The position numbers were made by a program, and so were the translations under genes. A stretch of 64,000 bases of DNA, from positions 5,952,001 to 6,016,000 of the forward strand of contig JAYWIR010000002.1 in assembly GCA_036172245.1 (NCBI GenBank). The letters run 5' to 3'. Under the pieces are notes generated by a model, which saw only the letters and a program-made list of their open reading frames with translations, searched no databases and was not told the DNA's origin. This stretch comes from Raillietiella orientalis. Taxonomy: Eukaryota. This document shows positions 60,701-64,000 of this stretch, piece after piece; the stretch's first letter is position 1; every line of letters begins with the position of its first letter.

Positions 60701-63450
60701 TAGCACGGTGCTCAGGTTCAGGTAGAGCACGTGGGAAGGAAAGACTGTGTTTGCAGCCATCTCTTCCACTCTCAGCTAAATTGTGGAACCAAAAATAAAG
60801 CTGCTGTTCGTTCGTTATTAATGATGATGACCTAACGTAATGGACGAAGGGATTGCAATTGAAATGTTCATGAGAACGTGGATGATGGATCGCAGCTCAA
60901 ATTCAGACAGCAAGTGGCAAAGCAGACGCCGTGGAAACAGAGAAAAGCTAAAGCCAAAGCGGTCCCAATGCCCAGTGAGAAGAATTTTTAGAAATGCTGC
61001 TCTAAAAGTTCCAGAATCTACAAAAGCCAACGAATATTACAGTTGACCAACTCGCTTCGAAAGAATAACTCACGGAAGATGATTTAGAAGCTAAAGCCTG
61101 TTCGGGTCTCGAAGAAAACGTTATCTCAGCTTTCCTTCTGACGTGCCTCCTAATCGTTTCCGTTGTACTTGATAAAATTCTATGGACTAACCCATTCTCC
61201 ATCCTCCAATTATCCGTGTCTAGGTGCACACTGTAATGTGATGATTTGAAGCCTGCGTTCCTTTATTTCCGAGGCACACCTGCGTTTCCACCAAATAAAT
61301 TCAGACGTCTCCCTAGGAAAAAATTTTAGCAAAGTTTGACGGTGGAACCGAAAGCACGGAGGATCAAGTTTGGCGCCGAAGTTGGACCGCGCCCATAAGG
61401 AACGGACGCGAGAATATCCCGGAACCTGTCGATGCACTCCACTGGAAGCGTTTTCGGGTAAGCATACTGCGGGTGGTCGTCCACGGAAGGATCTTCGATC
61501 TGCAAGGCAGCACGCTCGGTTTGGCGCACGCGACATTGAGAAGAAAGGAAGTCTTCTCCATTCGGTCGTTCTGAAGACGTCATCCAGGCTGGCGATCCGA
61601 GATGCGTCCCCGTAGTATCCCCCGGCTGTGCCACATGTTGGCGCTCAGTGCTCCGGGCGCGAGGATCCTAAGTTCTCCAATCATCTCTTCCTTTTGAAAG
61701 AACCCAAGACCTATCATTTGTACTCTTGACCTAAGCCGTTGTTACCCTGGAAGCGAACAGGAATCCATGGCGCATGCAGCCTCCTCCTCCCATTCCTCCA
61801 GGAGAGGACGCCCATTCGCCACGAGCGGAACGATGTGGCTGGGGCAAAGAGGTGATGCAGGAGGTAGAGAGGTCCCCGGAGCGAGGTGTTTGGTGGACAC
61901 TGCTCGTTCCGTTTTGCCTCGGGAGGTGGCGCAACGAAGGGGTATGTTGTGGCAGTGAAGAGTAGCGGTTCCTTAGTCTCCCTTCTTCCTTCACCGCGCT
62001 TCTCGCCATGCGACTGCCGCATCCTCACGCCAAGAGACTCTGGAGCTCGACCCTCGTTCCGGGTCATGAGCTCTGGAAAGAGTTTTGAGCTGTCCTCCCA
62101 GGCTGGTCATGTCGACTTCAGCGGACTTTGCCTTTCTGGAGTCACTTCCTCGACGAATGCTCATGCCTCTTGGTGATGGAGTTGGCACTCTCCTTGGTGA
62201 CGATTGGATCCTTCACGCTCTCTTCGTGTCAGAGCCGCCCCCATGGGCAGCGTGTAGGAAGCAAACGGTCGGAGGACCTCGGCAATTTCCAGTGGTGCGC
62301 AAGGAGTGGCTGCAGCCGCTTTGACCCGGTGATGCAGGGACATTCATTGGAAAATAAACAAAGTCCTTAGGAACCAATTTTCCTGTGAACAAGAACAAAA
62401 AAAAAAGGCAGAGCCGTCAAAGGGGGCAGAAGAGGTAAGCAAAGAGCTGTCGCTCGCTGTCGAGGGTCCCCCTTGCTCCCTTCCTAGGCTGTCTCTGGTT
62501 CCCAACCAGGTCCTGCTCAGAGCCTGCACCACATCGCAGCTCTTTGTCGTACTCGACAAGAACACACTATGGGCCAATTGACTCTCCATCCTCCAATCAG
62601 GGCGTCACCAAAGGTAAGTCCACTTGTTTCTCCCCAGAGCTGAAGCTGGACGTTGGCGATCCCTCTGGTGACTTTTTCTCGCAGCCGTCCTCATCCAGGA
62701 GACCATCATGCGTGTGACGCCTCCCTGCGCTGCGCTCGAAACTCCACTACGTGGCGGACTGTGACGAGAAGACTAGGATGCATCTTGTCGCGATTGCCGC
62801 GCCTGCCGTGAGTCGCCCTTGCGTGGGGAAAACGTCGCAACAGCAGCAAGTCTGTTGTAGTGTTTTCCGAGTTGCGCAGTGCCAAAGACACCTGGAGAAT
62901 TCCTCGAGGCCGCCGCAGTCCATCAAGAGGTGCGGGAACGATTCTATCGTAGTTCCAGGACGCGATACCCCCGGGAGACCATGCGCATGTGCTGGCTTCA
63001 CCGGAATGCCCAGTGCAGGGACAGCAGAGCATTCCGTTTTCACTGCAACGGGAGCATCGGTCGGTGTCTAGAGAATCCCCGTGCATGGCGGAGGCGAGCT
63101 TGACAGGTTTGGACCCACACGAAAGCGCCACGGCCGCGTTCGGCGCTCCCACTGACGACGGGTGAGACACACCGCTGTTTGAGGTCGAACGGAGAGACAA
63201 AAGCAGAGCCTCTTCTATGTGCGGGCGCAAGAAACACGGGCCACTTCGCGGAGCCACGGAATGGAGAATCCTTCTTGTTCTGCAGCACGGAGGAGAGCGT
63301 AAGGGTTCTCACAACCACGGCCACTGCCCTTCCCTTCGAACGCGGCGAGCAGCTGGGAACTGTGGGTGAGACGCATCCCGCACCAAGGAGAAATTCAGAC
63401 CGAAGCATCCGCGAAAGGCAGGAAACAAATGAAGAAGACCTCTGTGTGAA
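57800..63450 (-). mobile_element. Highly decayed RNase H-containing LINE (I-group-like), interrupted at ~59.5-61.3 kb
   Basis: RCSRCSENG (gag knuckle); IASWN..TDLLLL and LIGG (APE); DPSVDDHPQYAYPKTLPVECIDRFRDIL (RT start); LVPG..LGCSLF (resembling VPQGS.LGP.LF); WVPTDGSS..FRAKLPRCSV (RNase H, resembling YTDGS..LP...SVF). Confidence 0.5.
60850..61300 (-). pseudogene. Possible NACHT-domain gene remnant
   Basis: VHLDTDNW..AEITFSSRPE..TVIFVGF resembles Walker B, hhITSRP and EI.GF. Confidence 0.35.
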
Positions 63451-64000
63451 GAGCGCCCTCAGCTTATAAACAATGATCACTTCCGGAAGAAATGAATGCT
63501 GCTAGCTACCGTTAAGATTGATCCGGTCCCCCCCCATGCTAATGGCACAAATCCTCCGAGCGGGCTCCGAAGGAACGCTCTGCTAATCTCCATGCTAACA
63601 GCTTCCTCGTTCATAGCTGCTTTAAGAGCCACTGGGAATCAATCGCTGTCAGAGAGGATGCAAATGGAACATTCCGTTCGCCCTTCGCGCATCTTCGCGC
63701 CCTCCCGTCCACCAAACCCACAATGAAGTCTGAACATGCACAATCTCTTTCGCTTCGGCTCTTGAGACCGGTTTCCCGCTTTGCATACAGGGTCTCCTCC
63801 GCGTCTCTCCTCCCGCGCCACTAAGGGAAGGTGAAAAAAAAAAAAAAAAACAGAACAGGAATTCTCGCAGGGAGCGACCCTGTTCCCATAAACGAAAACA
63901 CGAACACGAATCTTCCTGGTGAGGGACCCTTGCGAGAACTCTCGCCGAATGCCGAGCACCAGGCGTTGCCGGTCCCGGCCAACGATGGCAGCGCATCCTC

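Overview
This is animal nuclear DNA, and the embedded mitochondrial sequence suggests an arthropod. It is repeat-dense, and I see no intact protein-coding gene. All homology calls come from reading motifs by eye, and boundaries are approximate. (1) The main feature is a decayed mitochondrial insertion (NUMT) of about 10.6 kb at ~13.75-24.34 kb. It keeps, in circular order, nad4-nad5-trnR-nad3-trnG-(tRNAs, nad4L?)-[1.3 kb insert]-cox3?-atp6-atp8-trnD-cox2-cox1-trnW-(trnQ?)-AT-rich region-rrnS-rrnL-nad1. It uses the invertebrate mitochondrial code, shows apparent gene-order changes and contains tRNAs lacking the T-arm. (2) At least six pieces belong to a long tRNA-headed SINE-like family with an internal hairpin-repeat array. 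(3) Several decayed L1/Tx1-type LINEs are present, and their 3' ends keep a stem-loop architecture despite sequence divergence. There is also one LINE with an RNase H domain. (4) Pseudogene relics include an inhibitory Smad (Smad6/7/Dad) MH2 region, an inverted pair of TRIM-like paralogs, NACHT-like remnants and an unidentified duplicated coding segment. Most ORFs in the supplied track are spurious or antisense to these relics.
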